Origin: Nitrososphaeria archaeon
GTDB taxonomy: Archaea; Thermoproteota; Nitrososphaeria; Geothermarchaeales; JDFR-13
Assembly: GCA_027078545.1 (NCBI GenBank)
Contig: JALWXN010000004.1
Location: 320,001 to 384,000 of the forward strand
Direction of reading: 5' to 3'
DNA length: 64,000 nt
The number at the start of each line of letters is the position of its first letter. Positions within the stretch are counted from its first letter, which is position 1. Shown here in pieces: positions 1 to 10,307 of the stretch. A program made the position numbers and the translations under genes. Below the pieces are notes generated by a model, which was not told the DNA's origin, ran no database searches, and worked only from the letters and a program-made list of their open reading frames with translations.

Positions 1-789
1 AGGGGTGTGAAGACTGTTCATTATGGTGTGGCTGCTGACCCGGTGGCTGGTTACTATAGATACCTGCTCGAGTCTCTTGGCGTTGATAGGCCTCCGTCGC
101 TACACATCGAGTTTGAGTTCCCGGTATCAGCTGGTCTAGGCTCATCTGCATCCCTAGCCGCCCTGATCTACATACTCCTGTATCGATGGCTATACATGAG
201 GGATCCACCTAGGGAGGAGATCTATAGATATGCCTCGGAGTTCGAGAGGATGATGCATGGTAACCCGTCTGGTATAGACCTGGCGACTGTGGTGGAGGGC
301 GGGGTCATTCTTTATAGGAGGGATGCTGGGGTGTTGGATAGGATTGTTCCCGGTGAGATGGAGGGCTATGGAATCCTCATAGCCGATACTGGTGTGAGGC
401 GTTCTACGGGCGAGCTTGTCAGTAGGGTTACCCAGAACCTCGGTGGTCTCCCAAGTGATATTAGGAAAGGCCTGGTCGATACTGTTGACAGTCTCGTGAT
501 GGAGGCTTGGGGAGCACTTGGTGAGGGGAGGTGGAGGGATCTAGTCGGGTATATCCGTGCAAACCACTATCTCCTCAGGTATGTAGGGGTCTATATCGAC
601 GCTGCTGATGAGGCGGTTAACAGGCTGGGTATGGAGGGTGTATATGGGGGAAAGGTGACCGGGGCTGGTGGTGGAGGCTGTATCTATGTCTTTGGGGATG
701 GTAGGGAGCTGGATATAGCTAGGAGGGTTCTGGAGGGGTTCGGATTTAAGACCTATAGGCCGAATATATATCCATACAGCCTCTACTAG
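1..789 (+). CDS. mvk: Mevalonate kinase (5' end outside window)
   Basis: GHMP motifs PVSAGLGSSA, HGNPSGID and KVTGAGGGG; next to fni and a prenyl synthase; N-terminal motif I absent, so the gene begins before the window. Confidence 0.9.
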   Translation, partial: RGVKTVHYGVAADPVAGYYRYLLESLGVDRPPSLHIEFEFPVSAGLGSSASLAALIYILLYRWLYMRDPPREEIYRYASEFERMMHGNPSGIDLATVVEGGVILYRRDAGVLDRIVPGEMEGYGILIADTGVRRSTGELVSRVTQNLGGLPSDIRKGLVDTVDSLVMEAWGALGEGRWRDLVGYIRANHYLLRYVGVYIDAADEAVNRLGMEGVYGGKVTGAGGGGCIYVFGDGRELDIARRVLEGFGFKTYRPNIYPYSLY

Positions 790-812
790 CCGTATAGGTG
801 GGTTGTTGGGAG

Positions 813-1907
813 ATGCCCTTTGAGGATGATATAGACCTGGATAGTAGGAAGATGGAGCATATCGATATAGTCCTCCATGAGGATCCGAGCTATAGGAAGA
901 CCACCTGGTTCGAATATGTACATCTCATCCATATAAGTCTGCCCGAGGCCTCTCTAGACGATGTGGATACGTCTGTCGAGCTGTTTGGGAGGCGGTTTAG
1001 CTATCCGATACTTATCGATAGCATGACTGGGGGCTCCTCTGGGACTGAGAAGATTAATAGGCTTCTCGCCGAGCTTGCACATGAGTATAATGTCCCGGTC
1101 TCATGTGGTAGTCAGAAGGCTATTCTGAAGGATCCTGAGACCCTTAAGACGTATAGGGTTATGAGGGATGTTGGGAGTGATGTGTTCATAATCGGGAATA
1201 TTGGTGGCCAGGACCTACGTGCTGATCCCAGGGGTGTTGCTGAGCAGCTTATATCGTCTATTGAGGCGGATGCACTTGCTATCCATCTAAACCCCCTCCA
1301 GGAGCTTATACAGCCAGGTGGTGAGAGGGACTTCAACAATGTTATGGAGGCTATCCAGGAGGCTGCGTCGTCGCTGGATGTCCCTGTGATTGTTAAGGAG
1401 ACTGGGGCGGGTATTGCTCGGGAGGTGGCCATGGTTCTTGAGAGCCTTGGTGTGGATGCTATCAATGTATCTGGTAGTGGGGGGACGAGCTGGTCAGCTG
1501 TGGAGACTATTAGGAATGAGAGGAGGGGGGATGTGGAGATGGCTAGGATAGGCCGGCTCTTCTGGGACTGGGGAATACCCACAGCGGCCTCCCTCCTAGA
1601 GGTGGTTACCGCTGTGAATATCCCGGTTATTGCCTCTGGTGGGATTAGGAATGGTATAGACATTGTGAAGTCTCTTGTGCTTGGGGCGTCGATGGCTGGC
1701 CTGGCGAGCCCCTTCCTGAAACATATGGATAATGGCTATGAGGGTCTGAAGAGCTTCATGGAGAGCCTGATACTCGAGGTAAAGATGGCTATGCTACTTA
1801 CCGGGTGTGACGATGTAGATACTCTTAAGCGTATCCCCCGTGTGATAACCGGGCCCCTACGTGAGTGGTATCTACAGAGGTGTGTAGCCCGTGGAGACCT
1901 CGAGTAG
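813..1907 (+). CDS. fni: Type 2 (FMN) isopentenyl-diphosphate isomerase
   Basis: RKxEH, MTGG, HLNPLQE, VKETG, GGTSW, SGGIRNG motifs; ATG 813 preferred over GTG 798. Confidence 0.95.
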   Translation: MPFEDDIDLDSRKMEHIDIVLHEDPSYRKTTWFEYVHLIHISLPEASLDDVDTSVELFGRRFSYPILIDSMTGGSSGTEKINRLLAELAHEYNVPVSCGSQKAILKDPETLKTYRVMRDVGSDVFIIGNIGGQDLRADPRGVAEQLISSIEADALAIHLNPLQELIQPGGERDFNNVMEAIQEAASSLDVPVIVKETGAGIAREVAMVLESLGVDAINVSGSGGTSWSAVETIRNERRGDVEMARIGRLFWDWGIPTAASLLEVVTAVNIPVIASGGIRNGIDIVKSLVLGASMAGLASPFLKHMDNGYEGLKSFMESLILEVKMAMLLTGCDDVDTLKRIPRVITGPLREWYLQRCVARGDLE

Positions 1908-2880
1908 GGAGTGGTTCCAACAGAAGTATTCCGAGTATAAGGCGGCTGTGGACAGGTATATAGAGGAGGTGTCTGCCAGGGACGGCCTCCCAGAGGATCT
2001 GAGGTCCTCCTCCTTCCACCTAATCCTATCTGGTGGTAAGCGTATCAGGCCTGTCCTCCTCCTCTCCACCCTTGAGCTGCTTAGTGGTGGGTATGAGGAG
2101 GGCTTACCCGCAGCTGCCTCCGTCGAGCTCCTCCACAACTTCACCCTCATCCATGACGATATCATGGATAGGGATGACTATAGGAGGGGTGTCAAGACGA
2201 CCCATGTACTCTTTGGTGAGTCCCTGGCAATATTGGCTGGTGACTATCTCTTCAGCCTCGTCTTCAGCGAGGTCTCTAGGAACTATGAGGGTGAGACGGC
2301 TAGGATGCTTGTCAAGGTGCTCTCAGAGGCCTCGGAGAAGGTATGTATCGGGCAGACCATGGATATAATGCCGGAGAAGTATGTGAAGAGTGTGGAGGAC
2401 TACTTCGAGATGGTGTATTACAAGACGGGGGCATTGATAGAGGCTTCGATGGTCTCTGGAGCCATAGTGGCTGGTGGCCGTGAGGAGTGGCTCCGGGACT
2501 TTAGGGAGGTGGGGAGGAGGATCGGTATAGCCTTCCAGATCGCTGATGACCTCCTCGGCCTTATAGGCGATCCTAGCAAGACTGGTAAGCCTGTTGGGAA
2601 TGATATTAGGAATGGGAAGAGGACCCTCCCAATACTATATGCCCTTGAGAGGATGGGGAGGGATGAGCTCGACCTATTCAATAGATACTTTGGTAGGGAG
2701 GCTGAGGACTATATTGAGGCTGTGGAGCTGATCAGGAGTAAGGGTGGGATAGAGTATGCCCGCCGGACCATGTATGAATATGCGGGTGAGGCCCTCTCTA
2801 TCCTTGATAAGTATCCCGACTCCTCAGCCAAGAGGTTCCTCTCAGAGCTGATTAGATACATTGTTGATAGGGATAGGTAG
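1891..2880 (+). CDS. idsA: Geranylgeranyl diphosphate synthase / polyprenyl synthase
   Basis: GGKRIRP, FTLIHDDIMD, RRG and FQIADD motifs. Confidence 0.92.
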   Translation: METSSREWFQQKYSEYKAAVDRYIEEVSARDGLPEDLRSSSFHLILSGGKRIRPVLLLSTLELLSGGYEEGLPAAASVELLHNFTLIHDDIMDRDDYRRGVKTTHVLFGESLAILAGDYLFSLVFSEVSRNYEGETARMLVKVLSEASEKVCIGQTMDIMPEKYVKSVEDYFEMVYYKTGALIEASMVSGAIVAGGREEWLRDFREVGRRIGIAFQIADDLLGLIGDPSKTGKPVGNDIRNGKRTLPILYALERMGRDELDLFNRYFGREAEDYIEAVELIRSKGGIEYARRTMYEYAGEALSILDKYPDSSAKRFLSELIRYIVDRDR

Positions 2881-2889
2881 GGGGGAGGG

Positions 2890-4590
2890 ATGGCGGAGAT
2901 AGATCGTGACCTCATCCTGAGGTATGCCGCTAGGAATAGGGTGAAGTTTGGGAAGGCCTCTCCTAAACCGGTACTGGGTAAGGTGATGGCGGAGCATCCA
3001 GAGTATAGAGCCATTGTGAAGGAGGTTATCAAGGAGGTTGAGAAGGCTGTTGAGCAGGTCAATAATATGCCTATGGAGGAGGTCCTGAAGCTAGCCCCTC
3101 CGGAGGAGGTGGAGGGGAGGAAGGAGGCCGCAATACCTAGGCTACCCCCATTGGAGGGTGCTAGAGAGGGGGGTGTGGTCACGAGGTTCGCCCCGAACCC
3201 AGACTTCGTCCTCCACCTGGGCTCGCTGAGACCCCTCATACTCTCCTATGAATATGCTAGGATGTATCGTGGCAGGTTCTACGTCAGGTTTGAGGACACG
3301 GATCCCAAGACGAAGCCTCCAAGGGAGGAGTTCTACAGGGGGATTATGGAGGATATTGAGTGGCTCGGTATTAAGCCTGATGCCTATGTCTATCAGAGTG
3401 ACCGTCTAGAGCTATACTACTCCGTTGCTAAGGCCCTCCTAGCTAGGGGGGAGGCCTATGTATGCCTATGTGGGAGGGATGAGTTTAAGAGGTATGTATC
3501 TGAGTCTAGGCCCTGCCCCCATAGGGACACGTCTCCCGAGGATAATCTCGAGCTATTCGAGAAGATGTTGGCCGGCTTCTTTGGGGAGGGTGAGGCGGTG
3601 CTTAGGATAAAGACTGACCTGGAGCATCCTAACCAGTCTGTCAGGGACTGGGCGGCTATGCGTATAATAGATACGTCTAGATATCCACATCCACGTAAGG
3701 GTAGTAGGTATCTCGTCTGGCCCCTATACAACTTCTCCTGCGCCATCGATGACCACTACATGGGGATTACCCATGTCCTGAGGGGTGCGGAGCATAGGGT
3801 GAATGAGGAGAAGCAGAGGTATGTCTTCGAGGCGATGGGCTGGGAGCCCCCGATATATGTCCATCACGGTAGGGTGGCTATACCGGAGGGGATACTTAGC
3901 AAGTCTAAGATCCTCAGGGGTATTGAGGAGGGGGTCTACACGGGTATCGATGATCCTAGGCTGGCTACTATAGCCGCCTTTAGGAGGAGGGGGTTTAGGC
4001 CGGAGGCCCTCTACAACACCATATTGAAGACGGGGCTCTCATCCTCGATAACCACTATCGACATGTCTATGCTGTATAGTGAGAATAGGCGGTTGATAGA
4101 CCCGGTGTCCAACAGGTACTATGCTGTTAGGATGCCCCTCGAGGTGGAGGCTGAGATTACTGTGGATGAGGCGGTTGTCTCTCTTAGGAGGCATCCAGAC
4201 CATCCTGAGAGGGGGTCTCGAGACTATGTCTTTAGACGGGGGGTCCACAGGCTATATCTAGACTCTGGGGATAGGGATCGGCTGGTATCAGGTATGGTCA
4301 GGCTTATAGGGCTGGGGAACTTCAGGGTTGTGGATGGGAGTAGGCTGGTCATGGTATCCACATCTGTGGAGGAGGCTAAGCGTCTGGGGATACCCTTTAT
4401 ACACTGGGTACCTGTGGATCAGTCGGTAGAGGCTAGGCTCATCTATCCCGAGGGGGTTGTGGAGGGCTATGCCGAGCGATACGTGCTTGACGAGGAGGTT
4501 GGCTCCACGATACAGTTTGAGAGGCTTGGATACTTCAAGATAGAGTCTATGGATGGAGAGGCTGTAACAGTTATATTCACCCATCCATAG
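2890..4590 (+). CDS. gltX: Glutamyl-tRNA synthetase (archaeal type)
   Basis: TRFAPNP, HLGS (HIGH-like), RFEDTDP, LSKS, QFERLGY. Confidence 0.96.
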   Translation: MAEIDRDLILRYAARNRVKFGKASPKPVLGKVMAEHPEYRAIVKEVIKEVEKAVEQVNNMPMEEVLKLAPPEEVEGRKEAAIPRLPPLEGAREGGVVTRFAPNPDFVLHLGSLRPLILSYEYARMYRGRFYVRFEDTDPKTKPPREEFYRGIMEDIEWLGIKPDAYVYQSDRLELYYSVAKALLARGEAYVCLCGRDEFKRYVSESRPCPHRDTSPEDNLELFEKMLAGFFGEGEAVLRIKTDLEHPNQSVRDWAAMRIIDTSRYPHPRKGSRYLVWPLYNFSCAIDDHYMGITHVLRGAEHRVNEEKQRYVFEAMGWEPPIYVHHGRVAIPEGILSKSKILRGIEEGVYTGIDDPRLATIAAFRRRGFRPEALYNTILKTGLSSSITTIDMSMLYSENRRLIDPVSNRYYAVRMPLEVEAEITVDEAVVSLRRHPDHPERGSRDYVFRRGVHRLYLDSGDRDRLVSGMVRLIGLGNFRVVDGSRLVMVSTSVEEAKRLGIPFIHWVPVDQSVEARLIYPEGVVEGYAERYVLDEEVGSTIQFERLGYFKIESMDGEAVTVIFTHP

Positions 4591-4648
4591 TAAACTGGTT
4601 TTTAAGGCGGGCTATGGATAAGGTTAATAAGGTGTGGGGGTGAGGCAG

Positions 4649-5029
4649 ATGGCCACGCTACCATTCGAGACGTTCGAGCTTCCAAAGGAGTATCTAGACG
4701 CTGCCTATGAAGCCCTTGAGAAGGCTTTGGAGGTCAAGGGTCTGAAGAGGGGTACGAACGAGACTACCAAGGCTGTTGAGAGGGGCCTCGCCAAGCTGGT
4801 CTACATAGCCCTTGATGTCGACCCGCCCGAGATAGTTGCTCATCTACCGCTGCTATGTAAGGAGAGGAAGGTGCCATACATCTTCGTACCTAGCAAGGCC
4901 GAGCTTGGTAAGAGGGCCGGCCTAGACGTTGCTGCGGCCTCTGTAGCCATTATCGACCCTGGTGAGGGGGCCGACCTGGTCAACGAGATTATAGACTATC
5001 TGAAGAAGAAGGGTTATTTCCAGGGCTGA
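4649..5029 (+). CDS. rpl7ae: 50S ribosomal protein L7Ae
   Basis: [14 protein letters not shown] and [15 protein letters not shown] signatures. Confidence 0.97.
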   Translation: MATLPFETFELPKEYLDAAYEALEKALEVKGLKRGTNETTKAVERGLAKLVYIALDVDPPEIVAHLPLLCKERKVPYIFVPSKAELGKRAGLDVAAASVAIIDPGEGADLVNEIIDYLKKKGYFQG

Positions 5030-5032
5030 TGA

Positions 5033-5260
5033 GTGATGTCTGAGGAGAAGTATAAGATGCGGGAGGACATCACCCCGGCAGAGGTTATACAGATCGTGGG
5101 CCGGACAGGTATGGCTGGTGAGGTGACACAGGTAAGGGTGAAGATCCTGGCTGGGAAGGATAAGGGTAGGGTGATTACTAGGAATGTCCTCGGCCCAGTG
5201 AGGGAAGGCATGATCATAATGCTTAGGGAGACTGAGAGGGAGGCTAGGAAGCTTAAGTAG
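5033..5260 (+). CDS. rps28e: 30S ribosomal protein S28e
   Basis: [14 protein letters not shown]...[10 protein letters not shown]...LRETEREAR. Confidence 0.97.
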   Translation: MMSEEKYKMREDITPAEVIQIVGRTGMAGEVTQVRVKILAGKDKGRVITRNVLGPVREGMIIMLRETEREARKLK

Positions 5261-5277
5261 TGTAGGGGGTGTCTCCC

Positions 5278-5475
5278 ATGCCCAGCACACATACCTGCAG
5301 CTTCTGTGGAGCCGAGATCCCGCCTGGTAGGGGAGTGATGTATGTACGTAATAATGGCGTGATCCTCTGGTTCTGTAGCAGGAGATGCAGGGTGAGTATG
5401 CTGGAGTTTGGGCGTGACCCTAGGAAGTTTAAGTGGACAGCCAAGTATGTGAAGGGAGGTATTAGGAGGAGATGA
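5278..5475 (+). CDS. rpl24e: 50S ribosomal protein L24e
   Basis: CSFCG..I.PG.G, FCSRRC, PRKFKWT. Confidence 0.96.
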   Translation: MPSTHTCSFCGAEIPPGRGVMYVRNNGVILWFCSRRCRVSMLEFGRDPRKFKWTAKYVKGGIRRR

Positions 5476-5885
5476 GTGAGAGGACACTGGTCTTCCTGAA
5501 GCCGATAGCCGTTGAGAGGGGCCTGGTGGGGGAGATAATATCTAGGTTTGAGAGGAAGGGCCTGAAGATACTGGCCCTCAAGAGCATCGTTGTGACTAGG
5601 GAGTTGGCGGAGGAGTTCTACTCTGTTCATAGGGGTAAACACTTCTTCGAGGAGCTCGTCTCCAGCCTGGATGGTAGGATGATCGTGGCGATGATTCTTG
5701 AGGGGAGGTCTGCTGTGAAGGTGGTTAGGAAGCTTATAGGGGCTACCGACCCTGTGGAGGCGGAGCCCGGGACTATCAGGGGGGACTATGCCCTCGACAT
5801 TACGGAGAATATGGTGCATGCCTCCGACTCCCCCGAGAGCTTCATCCGTGAGGCTAGGATACTATTCCCGGAGCTCAACCTCTAG
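5472..5885 (+). CDS. ndk: Nucleoside diphosphate kinase
   Basis: [24 protein letters not shown]. Confidence 0.96.
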   Translation: MSERTLVFLKPIAVERGLVGEIISRFERKGLKILALKSIVVTRELAEEFYSVHRGKHFFEELVSSLDGRMIVAMILEGRSAVKVVRKLIGATDPVEAEPGTIRGDYALDITENMVHASDSPESFIREARILFPELNL

Positions 5886-5981
5886 CCCTGGGTAGGGACT
5901 AATATATCCTATCCATATACCCCTTTTATCGGGTCCTCTCCTGGAGGGGCCGGCTACACATACTGGGCTAGGGTGCTAGAG

Positions 5982-8213
5982 ATGCCTGGTGAGAAGGTTA
6001 TTAGGCAGCCTATAATAACTGTCCTAGGCCATGTCGATAGCGGTAAGTGTGTGGGTGGGGATCACTATGTCGATCTAGAGAGGTATGTGACTGTTGAGGA
6101 TCTCTACTATGGGGGTGGGTATGTAGAGTCTCTCGACGTCTCTATCCCGGGCTTTGTGAGGAATAGGGTGGGTAGGGTTGTTAGGGAGGAGGTTGATAAA
6201 TGGGTATACGTCTCCCTCGATTCTGACAGCTATGTAGAGTCCTCCTTTGAGCATAGGTTTCTAGTCCGTCTAGGGCCTGGACTGTATAGGTATACCCCTG
6301 CCCATAGGCTGAGGCCTGGCGACGAGGTTGTGGGTCGTCTGGGTGATCCCGGCCCCGACGGCCTCTCTACCGTTAGGGTTCGACGGGTTGTTAGGCACTA
6401 TACCCCCCGTATCCTCTATGATCTGGAGAGCCCTGGGTATAGAAACTTCGTCGTGAATGGTGTCGTCGCCCATAACACGAGCCTCCTCGATAAGATTAGG
6501 GGGACAGCTGTACAGCTTAGGGAGGCCGGTGGGATAACCCAGCATATTGGGGCCAGTATGTTCCCGCCTGAGACGCTGCGGGAGATATGTGGCCCCCTAC
6601 TCGAGAAGTTCGGCTTCGAGATTATTGTCCCAGGTATACTGGTTATCGACACGCCTGGCCACGAGGTCTTCTCAAACCTTAGGCGGAGGGGGGGCTCCGC
6701 CTCGGACATAGCGATCCTCGTAGTGGATATCACGAAGGGTTTCCAGCCCCAGACCCATGAGAGCCTACAGATACTTATGCAGAGGAGGGTCCCCTTCCTA
6801 GTCGCTGCTAATAAGGTTGACCTTATACATGGCTGGAGGCCCTCCGGAACCCTATCGATCATCGAGGCATTGAAGAGGCAGAGTAGTGAGACGCTTATCC
6901 ATCTGGAGGAGAGGATAGGCTATATAATCTCCGCCCTCAACACCTACCGCTTCGATGCGGATCGCTTCGACCGTGTGAGGGACTTCAGGAGGACCGTTGC
7001 TATAGTACCTGTATCGGCCAAGACTGGGGAGGGTATACAGGAGCTGTTAACGATCCTCATCGGCCTAGTACAGAAGTTCCTGATCAATAGGCTTGAGGTC
7101 GATATTAATAAGCCGGGCTCCGGCACGATCCTGGAGGTCAGCTCTGAGCATGGACTGGGCAAGGTCGTGAAGGCCATACATATTGACGGTACCGTCAGGG
7201 TGGGTGATACATTCATAGCCGTCGGTAGGAACGGGGTTGTGGAGAGGCGTATAAGATCCATATTGATGCCCGCCCCCCTCGATGAGCTCAGGGATCCGAG
7301 GAAGCGGTTTAGGCAGGTTGAGACGAGCTATCCGGCTGCGGGTATAATCATCGTTGCCCCCGACCTGGACGAGGTGTATGCTGGTTCGCCCTTCTATAGT
7401 GTCCGGCCTGGTATGGACGCCTCGATCCCAGACCTTGCGAGGGAGTTGGAGGAGGAGGTAGCCAGTATAAAGATTGATACGGATAAGGTTGGCGTCGTGG
7501 CAAAGGCAGATACCCTGGGTACTTTGGAGGCCATGATAGCCCAGATGAATAGGAAGGGGATCCCGATCAGGAAGGCCGATGTGGGGGATGTCTCGAAGAA
7601 GGATGTTATCGAGGCGGGTATAGTGAAGGAGAAGGATGTTATCAGGGGTGCCGTACTAGCCTTCAACGTCGATGTCCTCCCCGATGCGGAGGAGCTTGCC
7701 AGGAGTAAGAAGATACCGATCTTCCGGGGAGAGATACTCTACAGGCTCATCGACGACTACCTGGCATGGGTGGAGGACTATATCAGGAGGAAGAGGGAGC
7801 GCCTATTCCAGAGCCTCGTCAAGCCTGGTAAGATACAGGTGCTCGAGGGGTATGTGTTCAGGAGGAGTAAGCCGGCCATAGTTGGTGTGCGTGTAGAGGC
7901 GGGTGAGATCAGGCCTAGGTATAGGCTTGTAAGGGGTGATGGAGAGGTTGTCGGGACTATACATCAGATCCAGGATCGTGGGAAGCCGATTGATAGGGCT
8001 ACCCGTGGGATGGAGGTGGCGATAAGTATTAGGGAGGCCGAGGTGGGTGACGACTTTGAGGAGGGTGACTACCTCTATGTCTATGTACCCGAGGAGGATG
8101 CCAAGACGCTTATGAAGGAGTTCCTGGCTGATCTTCCAAGTGATTATAGGGAGACTCTGGAGGAGTTCCTAGAGATTATTAGGAGTAGAAACCCCCTCTT
8201 TGCACGTGGCTAG
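5982..8213 (+). CDS. infB: Translation initiation factor aIF5B/IF-2, interrupted by an intein
   Basis: GHVDSGK|T P-loop split by an insertion; EAGGITQHIGA, DTPGHE, NKVD motifs. Confidence 0.96.
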   Translation: MPGEKVIRQPIITVLGHVDSGKCVGGDHYVDLERYVTVEDLYYGGGYVESLDVSIPGFVRNRVGRVVREEVDKWVYVSLDSDSYVESSFEHRFLVRLGPGLYRYTPAHRLRPGDEVVGRLGDPGPDGLSTVRVRRVVRHYTPRILYDLESPGYRNFVVNGVVAHNTSLLDKIRGTAVQLREAGGITQHIGASMFPPETLREICGPLLEKFGFEIIVPGILVIDTPGHEVFSNLRRRGGSASDIAILVVDITKGFQPQTHESLQILMQRRVPFLVAANKVDLIHGWRPSGTLSIIEALKRQSSETLIHLEERIGYIISALNTYRFDADRFDRVRDFRRTVAIVPVSAKTGEGIQELLTILIGLVQKFLINRLEVDINKPGSGTILEVSSEHGLGKVVKAIHIDGTVRVGDTFIAVGRNGVVERRIRSILMPAPLDELRDPRKRFRQVETSYPAAGIIIVAPDLDEVYAGSPFYSVRPGMDASIPDLARELEEEVASIKIDTDKVGVVAKADTLGTLEAMIAQMNRKGIPIRKADVGDVSKKDVIEAGIVKEKDVIRGAVLAFNVDVLPDAEELARSKKIPIFRGEILYRLIDDYLAWVEDYIRRKRERLFQSLVKPGKIQVLEGYVFRRSKPAIVGVRVEAGEIRPRYRLVRGDGEVVGTIHQIQDRGKPIDRATRGMEVAISIREAEVGDDFEEGDYLYVYVPEEDAKTLMKEFLADLPSDYRETLEEFLEIIRSRNPLFARG
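6048..6476 (+). mobile_element. Mini-intein (143 aa) in aIF5B P-loop
   Basis: Begins with Cys after GK and ends HN before Thr; block B S..H.F, block F YDLE...NFVVNG; too short for a homing endonuclease. Confidence 0.92.
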
Positions 8214-8277
8214 GGACTAGGCCTTATAATACATACTGCTCCATATAGATAGTTGATTCCCGGGGGTGTAGGTATAG

Positions 8278-8637
8278 ATGGTCAAGTTCAAGCTGGTCAT
8301 ATCCAACCCTAAGGATGGGACCGCAAAGTCGGTGGAGGTGGATGACCCGGTTAGTAGTAACTTGATTGGGAAGAAGATTGGTGACGTGATTGATGGTAGC
8401 CTCATAGGGATGGAGGGTGTTAAGCTCAAGATCACTGGGGGTTCTGACAGGTCCGGCTTCCCCATGAGGCCTGATATCCAGGGCGGTGTCAAGAAGTATA
8501 TCTTGACGGGGCCCGGTATTGGGCTGAGGACGATTAAGGGGAAGACTAAGAAGGGTTATAGGCGTAGGATCCTCGTGAGGGGGAACACAATCACGCCTGA
8601 CATCTATGAGATTAATATGGTGATTGTGGAGGAGTAG
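8278..8637 (+). CDS. rps6e: 30S ribosomal protein S6e
   Basis: FKLVISNP, LIGKKIGD, ITGGSDRSGFPM, VRGN. Confidence 0.96.
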   Translation: MVKFKLVISNPKDGTAKSVEVDDPVSSNLIGKKIGDVIDGSLIGMEGVKLKITGGSDRSGFPMRPDIQGGVKKYILTGPGIGLRTIKGKTKKGYRRRILVRGNTITPDIYEINMVIVEE

Positions 8638-8639
8638 AG

Positions 8640-9890
8640 ATGGCGACCGAGGAGGTGTATAGGGAGGTAGAGATTCCTAGGCAGCCGGAGCTTAACATAG
8701 GCTCCGCGGGGCATGTTGACCATGGTAAGACGACGATTATCCAGGCCTTGACGGGCCGGTGGACGGCTACGCATAGTGAGGAGCTTAGGAGGGGTATCAC
8801 GATCAAGATCGGCTATGCCGATATGCCTATCTATAGGTTTAGGAGGGGTGGGGAGGAGCTCTACTGGTCTAGGCCTAGGTATGACGGTTTGGAGGGTGAG
8901 CTGGTAAGGGTTGTGAGCTTCGTAGACTGCCCCGGGCATGAGAGTCTCATGGCAAATATGCTCTCCGGGGCTGCTGTGATGGATGGGGCTATGCTCGTCA
9001 TAGCTGCTAACGAGCCTGTGCCTAGGCCCCAGACTAAGGAGCATGCAGTTGCCCTCGATATACTCGGGGTTAGGAATGTGGTCGTTGTCCAGAACAAGAT
9101 TGATCTGGTCTCGAAGGAGGAGGCCCTGAAGAACTATGAGGCTATACGTGAGTTCCTATCGACGACATCCTTCAGCGACGCCCCCATAATACCTGTCTCG
9201 GCTATCCATAGGGTCAACCTCACCTATCTTGTTGAGGCCCTCTACAAGTATATCCCCCCTAAGGAGCGCGACCCCTCCAAGCCCCTCATGATGTTCATAA
9301 TAAGGTCTTTCGACGTGAATAAGCCTGGAACCCCATATAAGGATGTGGTGGGCGGCGTCCTGGGCGGGTCTATCCTCGAGGGTAGGATCAGGGTGGGTGA
9401 TGAGATAGAGATCCTCCCGGGCTATCTATACAAGGCTGATGGTGGGATTAGGCATGAGCCGCTCTATGCCGAGGTGACATCCCTGAGTAGTGGGAGGCTA
9501 TCCCTTGAGGAGGCTCATCCCGGTGGTCTCGTGGGTGTACAGACCGACCTGGATCCCAGCCTGACCAAGTCGGACGGTATGGTGGGTAATGTGGCTGGTA
9601 AGCCTGGGACGCTCCCGGAGGTCCTCTATGAGCTCTCCCTAGAGGTGGAGCTCTTCCAGTACGTGATTGGTACTGAGGAGAGTGTGGAGGTTAGGCCTAT
9701 ATCTAGGGGTGAGCCTCTACGCCTGAACGTTGGGCCGGCTACTACCCTGGGTGTCGTGACGAGTATATCGGGTGATACTATCCATCTGAGGCTCTCTAGG
9801 CCGGTCGTGGCTAGGGAGGGTTGGAGGGCGGCTATTGCGGCTAGGTATGATAATAAGTGGCGCCTGGTGGGTGTAGGCACCGTTGTATAG
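8640..9890 (+). CDS. eif2g: Translation initiation factor 2 gamma subunit
   Basis: GHVDHGKT, HSEELRRGITIKIGYA, DCPGHE, RSFDVNKPG, WRLVG. Confidence 0.97.
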   Translation: MATEEVYREVEIPRQPELNIGSAGHVDHGKTTIIQALTGRWTATHSEELRRGITIKIGYADMPIYRFRRGGEELYWSRPRYDGLEGELVRVVSFVDCPGHESLMANMLSGAAVMDGAMLVIAANEPVPRPQTKEHAVALDILGVRNVVVVQNKIDLVSKEEALKNYEAIREFLSTTSFSDAPIIPVSAIHRVNLTYLVEALYKYIPPKERDPSKPLMMFIIRSFDVNKPGTPYKDVVGGVLGGSILEGRIRVGDEIEILPGYLYKADGGIRHEPLYAEVTSLSSGRLSLEEAHPGGLVGVQTDLDPSLTKSDGMVGNVAGKPGTLPEVLYELSLEVELFQYVIGTEESVEVRPISRGEPLRLNVGPATTLGVVTSISGDTIHLRLSRPVVAREGWRAAIAARYDNKWRLVGVGTVV

Positions 9891-10257
9891 GTCTACCCTC
9901 GAGGTGGTGTGTGACACTAGCTTCCTCCTCGAGTCTATTAGGAGGAGGCTCCTCACAGACCTCCTGGAGCGGTATAGGCCTGTGAAGATATATTTACCTA
10001 GGCAGGTCTATGACGAGCTTCTCAGGCTGTCGAGTAGGAACCCCCTGGCAAGGGCTGCCCTCGAGGTGGTTAGGGGGATGCCAGACGTTTTTGAGGTGGT
10101 GGAGGTCGATGAACCCAATGCTGATGAGGCTGTTCTTAGGCTTGCCTGTGATGGGGGGTATGTCGTGGCCACGACGGATTCCCGGGTTAGGAGGGAGGCC
10201 CGTAGACTGGGCTGTAGGACACTGTTTATAAGGGGTTCCTGGCTCCACCTTGAATAG
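9883..10257 (+). CDS. PIN-domain protein (Fcf1/Utp24-like)
   Basis: VCDTSFL, V.DEL, AD, VATTD acidic tetrad; usual position after aIF2-gamma. Confidence 0.85.
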   Translation: MYRSTLEVVCDTSFLLESIRRRLLTDLLERYRPVKIYLPRQVYDELLRLSSRNPLARAALEVVRGMPDVFEVVEVDEPNADEAVLRLACDGGYVVATTDSRVRREARRLGCRTLFIRGSWLHLE

Positions 10258-10307
10258 ATATATATTTGGTGCCCAACAGTCTATAATTTGATTTTGGTGG
10301 TCGGGGG

